Notes under the pieces: model-generated
Seen by the model: the letters and a program-made list of their open reading frames with translations, nothing else
Databases searched by the model: none
What the model was told of the DNA's origin: nothing
Part shown: positions 36,953-49,980 of the stretch, in pieces
Layout of the letters: every line of letters starts with the position of its first letter
Numbering within the stretch: the stretch's first letter is position 1
Source: Lama guanicoe
Lineage: Eukaryota
Direction of reading: 5' to 3'
DNA: 64,000 nucleotides
NCBI GenBank assembly: GCA_013239625.1
Contig: MU055783.1
Coordinates: 1,302,001 to 1,366,000 of the forward strand
Translations under genes and position numbers: made by a program

Positions 36953-39900
36953 AACATGCAGTACTTTTACCCAGGTATCATCAGAGCAAAATGCAATTAC
37001 AGACTTTTCACTCAACATTCATGTTGTAACATGAGATAGCATTTCTTATCTATCAGTATCATTTTCTCATACTATAAATTCTCCAGAAAACTCAGAATAC
37101 ATTCTTAATTATTCTTAAATATTCTCATATTTTAATAGTACTAACATTTAAGGTAATAATTCTCATGTTTTAACTGTTATATACTTAAAGTCTTCCTTTA
37201 CTTCAAATAATTTTTAGTATTAGCAGAGGGAAAGGGGCCAACATCTTATTCAACATTATCGAGTTCTTTACAACACTTGGAATTCATAAAAGTAGAGTAT
37301 TTTTTTCTAGTGTTAGCATGTGACTTCTACTGGGTGATCTTCACCTGGAAGTTACTAGACTCTTTAGAAGTCAAAGGGCCACTTAAGAAAAATTCCTGGA
37401 TCTCCTGCTCCCTCACCCACTATGTTAGGGCTACTCAGAAAGAGATCTGCAGAGAACTTCCACAAACTTATTTCATTACCATCCTACAATGAGACGGAAA
37501 TCAAAAGCATTTAGAAACTTTTATAGTAATTTGACATTGTCACAATATCCAAGAGTATGATTACTTTTCTAACAGTTCGTCTTTACTATTACATTTAACA
37601 AAATGTATCATTCCATAACAGTGAAAGTTAAACAAAAAATTCTTAAACTGGCCCTTCACCTCTGTCTGAGAAGCACTGCACTAAGCCACTGTCACTCACT
37701 AGTCAGAAAGGGATGTTACCTACGAACCACAGGCTTTTGAATCTTAAATGCTTCAGTACCTACACAATAATATCTACTTCCAGACTTCTATACCTACATA
37801 TCTATGACTGAGTGCCCTGCAATGTCGTCTTCTTATTCCTCTAACACCCTACGCTACACCAAGCAAGATAACTGCATCACCCTCTGATTTTGCCAGAGAA
37901 TTTCTCCATATAGCAGCTCACACGTAATTCCTCCACTCCCTTGCTCTCCAATCATACCACAACCCGCTATAACCTGGTTCCCACAACCACACGACTGAAA
38001 CAAATCTCTCAAAGTCCTCAGCAATCTCTACACAGGCACTGCTGCCCGTCTCCCCAGTCCTCCTTGCACAGCACTCAAGGCTCTCTACCACCCTTCGGCT
38101 TCCTTGAAAATACTCTCCTGCATCTTTCCAATTAAGGGCTGCTTCTCTTGGCTTTTTCCTGCCATTTAATCTTTTAATTTGGGCCTTTTGATACCCTAAA
38201 TGTTCATTTTCCACAAAAGTTTTACCTTCTCTCAAACACACACTTTATACTTCAATCCACTGCCTCCGCTTCAATCATTAGCTCAAAACAGACCAATTCC
38301 AAATCTGCACTTAAAATTCAGTCTTACCCTCTTCTTTCAAGCTCCAGTCTCCATTCCCCAACACCTCCTGGACTAACCCTGTATGTAACTGCCATACTCA
38401 CCATTATTTCTATCACTGGAAGGTTGGTGTGCTCCTTATTCATTTATCAAATGGTGGTTTTCTGCACATGCCAGGCAATATGAGTAAAGCAAAAAACCCA
38501 AGAGACATGGTTCTGCCCTCACAGAGCTTATGATGTTAAGGTACAGGTTAGACAAGACAGACAAAATAAACGCAGATGGGTAAGTGTCATGAAGTAAATA
38601 CAGGGTAGTGTGGTATTAGAATGGGTAGTAAAAGAAGGCTGAGGAGGTGGTATCTAATCCCAGAGTAAAAGGATAATTGGAACAGTTGAATGAAGCAAGT
38701 CATTTGGAACATATTCAGCATGTTCTAGGGTGTGAGAAGGCAAATCAGCCTGTATGTGAGAAAGCAAGAAGATGACAGATCCTGCAAAAAGTTTCCTTGT
38801 ACACTTATGGTAAGCAATTCAGATGTTAGTCCAAGTGCACTGAGATGACAGATTTTAAGCAGCAGTGTAACATTTAATTTATGGTCTAAAAAAGATCCTT
38901 TTGGCTGCACTGGAAGAACAGCTTTTGGGGGGCAAAATGGAAATAAAGACTACTTCAGAGGCCACTGCAATAATGTGGGTGTGACATCAGAGGGGCTTAG
39001 ACAAAAGTGGCAGAACGAATGGAAAGAGAACAGACCCCATGATTCTAATAACCTCTTATCTGACCACCCTTCCTTAAATCTACATTTCTCCATCATTCAT
39101 ACTACGTTAGACTGGGTTCAGGCACTCCTTGTTCAGAAGCCCCAGCAGTTTCCCAGTACATACAGAAGGGCCATCATTTTTAAGCCCTCCACAACCCAAG
39201 CCCAGTCAATTTTATCATTTTTTTTTCTCCAATGAATTTAAAAACCTTTTAGATTAAGGTTCTAATCCCAGAAAACACCCTGCATGCTGCCAACTCTGCT
39301 TCTGCCCGAGCTTCTTCCCAGCCTTTCCACCACCTCACCCTTCCCCTTCCCTCTCTTCCCCACCTCAAAGCCTAACACAGTCTGTCAAGCTCCAGTGAAA
39401 ACATCACTAATTAAGAAGCTCAGCTCCCTCAAATTCTCCAGGAGGAATATATACCATCACCTGCTGGACCTGACAACTTTCTGCACGCTTCTCTCCCTCT
39501 GCCTTCACTCTACGGTCTCAGCATTTGTTTTTGTCACTCTTTGTGTTCCTCCACTAGATACTGAATAATCCGTAGGAAGGGAAAGCTCCGTATCTACCCA
39601 TTTCCCCGGAATAGCTAATAAAGTCTTGCACAAAGAAATCTGTTCAAATTAAAATACCTTCTTTCTAAAAATTACTTTGAAACTTTATAAGCAGTCACTG
39701 GTTACATACCCTTAAGTGACTGAGTGATAATGAAAGTAGTCACTTTACCATATCATCTCCTTCTACTTACCTGCCAGGTATCTGTTCAAAGGGATCACTA
39801 TACATAGGAATGCAAAAAGAAGTAAGTTAAAACAAGGAATAGGCTAGACCTTAAGTATATACAACGTTGTTACACTGAATTTCAAAAATCAAAATATAAA

Positions 39901-40148
39901 GGGACCAATTTATGTTACAAATCACTGAAGCCTCAAACTTAGAGAATCATCAGTGCATAAGGAATACCAATAGGGCATAATGTCCAACTTGGAAATACTG
40001 TAAATCCTTCAACAAACAAGATAGGGAGAAAATTCCTAGAGCAAATTCATGACTATTAATTCAGGAAATCCTGTCTGAAACAACTTCCACAAACATAAGA
40101 GATTCTAAAGTTGGGAACATAACCTCACATGCTAAAAGTGCTACAGAG

Positions 40149-40475
40149 CAGGACTGGCAAACCATGGCCCACAGATCATACCCAGTCTGCCATCTGTTTT
40201 TGTACAGAATGATTTTTACAATTTTAAATGAACTTCTGAAAAATTCAAAATATAAATATTTCATGACATATGAAAATGATGTGAAATACAAATTTCAGAG
40301 TCCACAAATACGGTTTTATTGGAACATGGCCATATTCCTTCATACACAGATTGCTTATGGCTGCTTCAGTGCTATAGTGGCAGTGATGAGTGGCTGGGAC
40401 AGAGACCACATGACCCACAAAGCCCAAGATGGTATTTACTAACTGGTCCTTTACAGAAAAGGTTTGTCATCTCCA
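40149..40475. mobile_element. MER58B-like hAT-Charlie element
   Basis: caggactggcaaaccatggccc...gttttattggaacatggcca...cctttacagaaaaggtttg. Confidence 0.75.
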
Positions 40476-40599
40476 GAGAAAAAAACTGGCCACACAGACA
40501 AGGGAGACAAGGACTATTCATGCCATGAGACTGGCCATTCTTTGTAAGAAAAGATTTCAAGTCACAGACGGAGGGCTACAAGATGATAGAAATCAAACG

Positions 40600-41945
40600 G
40601 AAGTGACTTTGGCTTCTAGTCACGGAGTAGCATGAACCGGATTTACCCTCCTACCTTAAACAGAAAACTGGAGTAAATATGTGAAACAACTGTTTTTAAT
40701 CATTATACACCAGGCAGCACAGGACTACAATCCCTGATGGAAGAGAAATAAATAAACTAAGCCTTAGGACTGCCCTGGCTTTCTGCCTAGAAGCTTATTC
40801 CAGATTGCAGAGGGGATAGTGGATTCCAAGCAGGGCACAAATGTTTCCCTGAGCAGAAAAGACCGACAATGGAGATCAGGCAGACTGAAGCAGCTGAAAG
40901 TTGCAGGACAGAGTTTTGGAAGGAAGAGAGCTACACAGAAAAAGAGCTCCAAAAATATGCAGAGGGTCAACAAGTCTTTGTTGAATATTAAGATACACAT
41001 GTTAACAGGGTGAAACTCCAGGAGGCTAGGGAGAGAATGACCCAGGAGCTGTGAATAGAATGGTTCCCCAGAGATCACATGGAACTGGGAACTGCTGAGT
41101 TCCTACAAGCCAAACTGGAGGAGAGTCCTCACTGATTATACAGGTCATTCAGTAGAGATCCCAGAAGGGCCACACCTTAGCAGTGGAGCTAAACTATCCT
41201 GGGAAAAAGCTACTTGAGACTGCATGAAGCTTAAAAATAAGCCTTAAGAGGATCAAACTGAACTACAAGTAAATTAAATGGCTACCAGAACAAAGCCCAA
41301 CAATCTTTACTTAGATGAAAGCAACAAAATCTAGGCACCCAACAACCTAAAATACACAATGTCCAGTACCCAGTAAAACCTTGGTAGACATGCAAAAAAA
41401 GCAGGAAAATGAGACTCATAACTAGAGAAAAATCTGTCAAAAGAAATAGATCCAAAAGTTTTACAAATGAATCAAAAGACAAGGATGTAAAAACAGCTAT
41501 TATAACCATGTTCAAATATTCAACGGAGCCTTTCTCAACCAGGAATTAAGCCGCACAGAAAGTTACTTGAGGGATTATCTCCTCTATTCTCCCAAAGACG
41601 GTACACAGCTAGAGTCATTCTACATGCACAGAAGAGAAGTTAATCCATTATATACAACAGATAAGGCATTAGACTTACTTCTCTGGGAACTTAGTTGAGA
41701 GGTGCTGGAGAAGAAAAATACATGAATACAATGAAGAAAGAAACAGAAGATATTAAAAAAAAAAAAAAAAAAAACAAAAAAAAAAAAAAGAAGAAAAAAA
41801 TAAATAAAAACACTCAAGGTCCAAAATGAAAAACTCATTGGCTGGAATTAACAGCAAATTAAACAACTGCAGAAGAAAAGGCTGGGCAACTTGAAGATGC
41901 AGCAATAAAAATTATTCAAAGTGAAGCACAGAGAGAAAAAAAAAA
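40600..41945 (+). mobile_element. Ancient L1M 5' region/ORF1 remnant with an internal A-tract and a nested insertion
   Basis: ORF1 coiled-coil-like text ggaattaacagcaaatt...gcagaagaaaag...aacttgaaga...agcacagagagaaaaa; resembles the L1 5' segment at 49.4-50.0 kb. Confidence 0.65.
41524..41707. mobile_element. Small hAT-like element nested in the L1
   Basis: Imperfect terminal inverted repeats gagcctttctcaac ... gttgagaggtgctg; L1-like text resumes on both sides. Confidence 0.45.
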
Positions 41946-42546
41946 GATAGATTTAGATAACAAAATTTAACTTTTAGGCTGCTTTACTACAAATCACCTA
42001 TTTAGAATAAAATTAAAGATTTCCCACTAAATATGAATGTTATATAAACAGTCTCTTGTTATCTGAAGTTAACCAATGATAAATAAAAAATCTTCCCCAA
42101 ATGAAAGTACTAACATGATAGTGCAAAGCATCAAAAGCCACAGGATAAATGTGGAGTCTTCCTGGGCAGTAGTTTCAATTATCATTCAAATAAATATGTG
42201 TGCTTTGCTTCAGTTGTTTAAGGCTTCATCCTAAGGAAGAGTGTATATTTATGTGCATGTGTATGTATTCACCTCCTCTCTCCTCTACAGTTGGGGTTCT
42301 TTGTCAGGAGCACTTCATAGAAAAAGTTGAAGAAACACAGACTCAAGAAAATACTCAGGAAATCACTAAAAACACCAAGCCATTTCACTTCAAGTTCACC
42401 TGCTACATAACCAACATTGATCTTTAGATTTAAATCCTAAGGAAAAGGCACAGAGCTACCAAAATAAGTTTCCTCCAACAGTCCTTCCTTCAAAAAACCA
42501 CCAAAATAACAAGTCATCAAGCATTATCTTGTGATAACAGATCAAT

Positions 42547-42552
42547 TTTAAT
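42547..42552 (-). terminator. Probable RRAS2 polyadenylation signal ATTAAA
   Basis: tttaat on the + strand, about 1.4 kb past the stop, with a U/GU-rich tract further downstream on the - strand. Confidence 0.55.
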
Positions 42553-43022
42553 TCTAGCACCAGAAGCTATACAAGGGTAAGCCTTATAGACTTCATGGGA
42601 CTGTTGTACACGTTCAGTAAAGTGACAACTGTGCAATACCACTCAGTATCTCAAAATTAGGAACATATTTTTGAATTGTTTAAACACAATCCACAGAATT
42701 AAAAACAGAAGCCATCCACAGTTATACTAATTGTCAATTAAAAGTTTTAGCACTGACTACTTGATAGAACAGCCAAAATCCAGAAGGGAACATCAGAAGT
42801 GAGTTCAATGTCATCCTGTTGTACTCTTTTGGGAAGGTTTCTTATGTAGTTATGTGACTGGCCAAAGGTGGGTACAACCAGGACCCGGACAGCAAGTAAG
42901 GTTCTACCACAGTTTCTGTAGTTTTTCACTTTGTTTTCTTTGTCAGTTAAAAGTGAACAGTGAGAATTAAATACTTATCTTTACATATACACAAGTTATG
43001 CTGTGAAAGCATATTTGCTTAC

Positions 43023-43210
43023 NNNNNNNNNNNNNNNNNNNNNNNNNNNNNNNNNNNNNNNNNNNNNNNNNNNNNNNNNNNNNNNNNNNNNNNNNNNNNN
43101 NNNNNNNNNNNNNNNNNNNNNNNNNNNNNNNNNNNNNNNNNNNNNNNNNNNNNNNNNNNNNNNNNNNNNNNNNNNNNNNNNNNNNNNNNNNNNNNNNNNN
43201 NNNNNNNNNN
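43023..43210. other. Assembly gap (188 N) in the RRAS2 3'UTR
   Basis: Run of N. Confidence 0.99.
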
Positions 43211-43933
43211 ATTTTCACTCTCAACATGTCTGTGAAAAGAGTTAAATTAAAAAACCAAGAACACTGAAATGCTTAAGTCCAGAATGAGTCCAAATATTTG
43301 GCCACACAGAATATTATCTTTAAGAATAGGAGTAATAGTAAAGGATTTACACACAGTTTTTAACCTATAAATACAATAGGCATTTTCTTATTTTGGCCAC
43401 TGGAAAACAAAGGCTGTAGCATCAGTAAAGATCTGAGATGTCTCACTTTTATGGATTCAATTCAGTGTATTTAAGGTTAACTGAAGTTGACATCAAAATT
43501 TTTAGAGACAGGCAAAAATTCACATTTAAAAAAAACTCCCTATGTTTCTATATAGAGTAACAGTAGGCAATATGATTCCAGATGTTAAAAGTAATTTCAC
43601 AGCCTCTGACTCCAACTTGGCAAACAGCTTAGGTTCCAAAACTGATTCATCCCTAATAAAAGAAAGCCCTTAAAAAACAATGTGTCTGTGTATATAGATA
43701 TACTTTTTAAAGGAATCAGATATCTTTGAAGCAGCCTTAGTGTTTCCTTTAAATCTGTCTTGAAATGACCATAGGATGAGCTTCACGGAAAGGATTAGCC
43801 AGCTTCTTGGTCTAAGGCTACCATGGTGATCATTTGTCTAAGGCTAGAAAGGTACCAACGTGACATAAACCGTTAAGAAGAGGAGAAGACGAGGGCTTTT
43901 CCTGGCAGTTGGTAGCTAAAATTCAAGGGATTC

Positions 43934-44038
<105 letters not shown>

Positions 44039-44359
44039 CTACAGATAATTGCCTTTTTGATAATATATCACTGAAAATGTAGATTACTGTTGGCCAAGTC
44101 TAGTTTACGCGCATATGCTTTCAATGAATCCAAGCAAATCTTCGGGATGGGGGTGGGAGGAAACAAATGCTTCAACACCAGCATAAGCAAAGCTGCCAGA
44201 GTTTCACTGATGGACAAGTCCTCAATCAGATGAGATGCCGAACTCAATAAAGTCTAGGTTCCATTCCCAGTTTGAAATTTCATGACTCTAAGGTATCCTT
44301 AAGAATGAACATCCATCACCAGAGTATGACACAGAGTACCTACCCTTATGAGGTATGCT

Positions 44360-44520
44360 GTTTTGCCACTTCTGAGCTGCAAGTCAGTGTTCGACAAGTT
44401 AGTTGACCTCTCTGAGCCTCGGTTTTTTAGAAGGGACAATAAAACCCTACCTTTCACAGTTGCTATGAGGATTAAGGAAGATCTCGTTATGTTCAAATGC
44501 CTAATGGTGTCAGGCATAAA
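44360..44520 (+). mobile_element. MIR SINE
   Basis: gacaagttagttgacctctctgagcctcgg...gttgctatgaggattaa. Confidence 0.7.
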
Positions 44521-45815
44521 AAAGTCTCCTTTACCCCCTCCTCACTCCTAACTGATCAATGGATAAGGATAGATTCTGAGGATCAAAACCAAGGAGGAAA
44601 TATCTCAAAAAATCAATAAAAATTATTTTAAGAATGCACTGGTTCATGGGGAGGAGGGGTAAAATACACATAACAAAATTTACCATCTTAGTCATTTTTA
44701 AATGTATAGTTCAGTGGCTTAAATATATTCACAGTGTTGTGTACCACCAATCACGTCCCAAATCTTTTTATCTTGCAAAACTGAAACTCTGTTTTCATGT
44801 AAAAAAATAACAGAACTTAGACTTTAAACAAACTACTAAAAAACAAAAATGTAATCTTCACTCCCCACGTGCCTACAAGAGAATGCCCTGGCAAGGGGCT
44901 AAAAAAAGTACAAGAATCTCAGATGTCAGTTCACCTTAGATATACAACTAACAAGAACTCCATATATCCGTCAAACTATCCAACAAGTGGAGAAACCAGC
45001 AGATCTAGAGAACAAAGAGTGATGTAGCAGCCAAGCCACCAAGATCCAAAATAATCTAACCAAACCCCATCCACTAAAGCAACTCACTCTTTCTCACACA
45101 CACTCTCCAGCCAACCTCATTTATCACCTCCAGCTTCCTAGAATCCATGAACACTTTCCAAACCACAGGGGCCTCCTAGGCTGGCTAACAGAAAACCTCT
45201 ATGTGGTCTGGATATCATGCTAAATTCATGCCCTGGGGGACTGCTGAACCTCTACTGCCTGGCCTCCTCACAGCTGAGGAGGAGTTGGGTAAGAAGCAAA
45301 GCGAAGAGCACAGGTTCTGGAGTCAGAGACATGGACTGAAGTCCTAGCTCTGCCATTTAATGTGTTCAAATTATTTAACCTCTGTACCTGTTTTCTCATC
45401 TGAAAGGGGGGACATTATTGGGTTGTGATGAGGATCAAATGTAGTAATACAGTGAAGCACTCAGCCCAGCATCTGGCTGAGATTTCCACACCAAGGCTAG
45501 CTGCTGTCATCAGTACCCTCATACCATCGTCACCTTCGGAAGTTGCAGATTCTTTTCAAAATCCCTATATATACTCTATTTCCATATAATAAAATTAGGC
45601 TTTTAATGTAGGAAGTAACTAGAATAATCATTAAAAATTTTAACATACCTATTAAAATGCATTAATTTCCAGACAAGAATCACTCCTGCATACAATTTTC
45701 TTTCTTACTTAAAACATTTAATTGTAATTTTCTTCCCAGTTGTTTTAAAAAGCATAGTGTGACTACCCATGAAATTCAGTAAATTAAAAGAAACTTCTAG
45801 GATGTGTTTTGCTTA

Positions 45816-45998
<183 letters not shown>

Positions 45999-46989
45999 TC
46001 AGCCACAGAATGCACTGTTAATACAGCCAGAGGCCAAGCTGGTTTGTCATAAGATGAACCAAGAGACTTAACAGCTCAACACACAGTGCTGAAGCCTAGC
46101 TCTACAGAACAAGTCTGAAAAATATGACCAAAGATTTCAGTCTAGTGATTACTCAAAAAGTATTAAACATAGCAGTTGTAAGTTCTGGGAAGGAAAAGTA
46201 CAAGGTGCTACGAGAGTCTATAACCCTGTGGGGCGGATCAGAAAAAGGCTCCCTGAGGAAGTGATATTTGGGCTAAGAACTAAATAAGAGTATGGAGCTG
46301 GGTAGGGGTGGGGCAAGGAAGTATCCCTAACAAAAGAAATAACATGTATGAGGGTGCTCCAAGTTGCAGGAACTGAAGGAAGCCTAGAATGGCTGAAATA
46401 CAACAAGCCAAGAGAAACTGGCAAGAGGTGAGGCTGGAGAGCAGGGCAAGCCTCGAGAGACTGTGGGGTCACAGTCTTCTCTCCATCCCCCAGTGCCTGG
46501 TACATGGGAAACGCTCAATAAATATGTGAGGGAAAATGAATAATGAATAGGACCACAGCCCTCACAATTCCTTCCTTACCTTAGGAGATGAAGGAAAGTA
46601 GGCAGGGAAGGGTGGCATCACTGATGACATACAAAATGGTAGGCCAGAATAAGAAAACACTAACTGAATGTAAGTAAATACCCTACAGATTTTAAATGTA
46701 GAAGTTGGACTAGTGATATTAGTCTCTATTCCATTTATATTTACACAGTAGGGTGAAAAATTATTTCTGAAAAAATTACTTTCATTGCTGTCATTAGCAC
46801 AAAAATAAACACTTACAAAAGGTTAGAAAATTATAGATGGACAAGAAGAAAAAGAAAATTAAGGCACCTATCACCTATACAGAACCACATTCCTCTGGTC
46901 TTTTTTCAGTGATGTACATTTTTCTCTGCAAAAATAGAATCATAATTTTTGCATCTTTATCTTAGACCCTAGAAATACACTAAGCTTAT

Positions 46990-49980
46990 CTAGGGTTTTT
47001 TGTTTGTTTTTTGGTAAATGCAACATAAACATAAACAATCATGTCATTTGCTAGTAAAGACAGTTTTGTTGCTTCCTTTCCGATGTGAATGTCTTTATTT
47101 TCTGGCTCTAGCTCACTGCCTACAACCTCCTGTGCAAGACAGCAGTGGTGAGGCGGTACTTTTGAGTAGTTTCTGATCTTAGGGACAAAGTTTTTAGTCT
47201 TTCACCATCAAGTAAGCTGTTAGTTGTGGTATCAGGTTAACAAATCTCCTCACTATTCTGTTTGTAAAGAGTTTTTATCAAGAATGGATGCTGGATCTTG
47301 TCCAATGCTTTTTTCCCCTCTTGCATCTATTGAGATCATATGATTTTTCCTTTTCAGTTTGCTAATATGATGAATTATACTGATTCACTTTTGCCTGTTA
47401 AATCAACATTGCACTCCTGTAATAAAATCCACTTGAGTGATAATGCATTGTTTTTTCATGTATTGAACTCTATTTAATAAAATTTTATTAAGAATTTTTA
47501 TATTTATGTTTACAAGAGAAAATGAATGGTAGTTTCCTTTGTATGCTTTGGTACTGGAGTAATATTGGCTTCATATGATGCCAGTTTGGGGATTTATTTA
47601 CTTTTTCTATGGTTTTTCTATTTACAATTTCATTGGTTTCCATTCTTATCTTTATTATTTTCCTTCTTCCAACTACTATCGTTTTAATTTGTCCTTTCTT
47701 TTTCTTATAGTTTCTTAAGGTAGAAGCTAGTCATTGAATTGCAATTTTTTCTTTTCTAATACAAATATTTAACACTATAAACTTCTTTATATGTATATAC
47801 TTCTTTAGTAGCATCCCACAAATTCTGATATGCTGTTTTATAGTTATCATTCAGTTCATAATACTTTGTAATTTCCCATTTTTTCTTTGTACCAATGGTT
47901 AATTAGAAGTATCTTAGTTTCCGTGTATTTAGAGACTTCCTAGATACCTTTCTAGGATATTGATTCCCAATTTAATTCCACTGTGGTCAAAGAACATATA
48001 CCATCCATCTGACTAAATCCCTTTAATTTTATTGAGACTTGTTCTATGATCCATTCTCATTTTATACGATGTGTATTCCGCTGTTGTTGAGTGTTCACTA
48101 AATGTCACAGTAAGTTGCTCAATAATGCTGTTCAAATCAGCTATGTCCTTACTGATTTTCTCTCTACTTGCTCAATGATTAAGAGAGACGCTGAAACTTC
48201 TGACTGTAAGTGAATGTGTCTATTTCTCTTTGCAGTTCTTTCAATTTTTGCTTTAAGAAATTTAAAGCTGTTATTTGGTACATGAATGTTTAGGATTGTT
48301 ATGTTCTCTTTATGAATTTCTATCATTATGAAACAATCCTCTTTATTCCTGGTAATATTCTTTGCTCTGAAATCTACTTGGTCTGATACTTCTATTGCCA
48401 CTTCAACTTTCATTAGTATTAGTATAGTGTATCTTACCCCACCCTTTATACTTTTAACTTATTTGTGTCTTTACATTGAAGGTCTTGCTTTTTATCCAAT
48501 GTCTGCCTTTTAATTGAGGTGTCCACAGTATTTACATGTAATGTGCTTACTGATATAGTTGAGTCATCTTTAATTTATTTCCTATCCGTCCCATTTGTTC
48601 TTTGTTCTATTTATCCTTTTTCTGCCTTCTTTTGAGTTTACTGTATTGTTTTTATGATTCTATTTTATCTTTGTTGGCTAATAAACTATTTATCTATTAT
48701 GTTATTGTTACGATCGCTTAAAAGTTTACCATATACATTTTTCACTCATCACTGTCTAATTCAAATGGTAGTACGCCAATTCATGTATGGTTTAAGAACT
48801 TACAACAATAGTATGCTTCTCCCTCTTGCTTATTGTTATTACCTATTACCTCACAATACATTGTTATTAGTTTACTTTAAACATCCCATTATGTTTTAAG
48901 GAGACTGAAATAATAAAAGCAGTTTACATTTACCCACATAGCAGGTAAAGGTGGTCTTCATTTCTTTGTATAGGTCCAAATTTCCATCTGGTATGGTTTT
49001 CTTCCTTTTGGCATTTCTTATAATGTAGGTCTGCTGGTAATGAATTCTTTCACTTTTTGTATATCTGGGAGAAGTCTTTATTTCACCTTTGTTTTTGAAG
49101 TAAAGTTTTAGTAGCTATTGAACTCTAGGAGACAGTTTTTCTCTTCGTACTTGAAAGATGTTGTGCCACTATCTCCCTTACATCGTCTCCTATGGGAAAC
49201 AACGTGACTACTGTTATCCTTATCTTTGTTGCTCTGTATGCAGTTGTTTTTTCCTCTGGTTATTTTTCAGATTTTCTATCACTGCTTTTAAGCAATTTCA
49301 TTACAATGTGCCTTGTAATTTTCTTCATATTTCTTGCACTCAGGGCTTGTTGAGCTTTAGAGTTTATCAAACTTAGAAATTTTTCAGCCATTACTTCTGC
49401 TATTACTTCCATCCAGTGTATTTTTCAACTCAGACATTGTAGTTTTAATTTCCAGAGGTTTGATTTTGAACTTTTTACATCGTCTATGTCTCTACTTATT
49501 ATATTCAATCATTTCTCTAGCTTCTTGACCATATGGAATATGACTATAATAACTTTTAATTTCTCTGTTCACCAACTCATCTGTGTAGTTTCTGGGTCTG
49601 TTTCTACTTATTGTTTTTTCTGCTTATTATGGGTCACATTTTTCTGCTTCTTTATATGCTTGGTAATTTTTGAGTGGATGTGAAGGTACTGGATTTTTAG
49701 CTGTTGGTTTCTGGAAAGTTGGTATTCATATATTCTTGAGCTTTCTTATGGGATGCAATTATTTGTAAAGTTTGATGCTTTTTGTCACACAGTACCAGAG
49801 CAACAGCTAGTCTAGGACTAACAATTTTGCTCCAGTACTAGAACAAAATCCTTCTCAGTGCACTACTCAATACCTCAAAAACTAGAGGATTTTCCACCCT
49901 GGCTGATTCGAATATGAATTATTTCTAGCCCTATTTTAGCTCAAGGTATTGTTCCCTCTAATTCTTTCAGGTAGTTTGTT
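46990..49980 (-). mobile_element. Degraded L1M (5' region, ORF1, endonuclease and RT remnants) in RRAS2 intron 4, sense to RRAS2
   Basis: ORF 48413-48141 (VAIEVSDQVDFRAKNITRNKEDCFIMI...NITILNIHVPN) resembles the L1 endonuclease; 47280-47340 encodes an MISIDA..KALDKIQHP-like RT segment. Confidence 0.85.

Larger units (their letters stand above)
42525..43933 (-). other. RRAS2: RRAS2 3'UTR (end approximate; contains an N gap)
   Basis: AT-rich, repeat-free sequence after the stop, ending near a minus-strand ATTAAA at 42552-42547. Confidence 0.65.
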
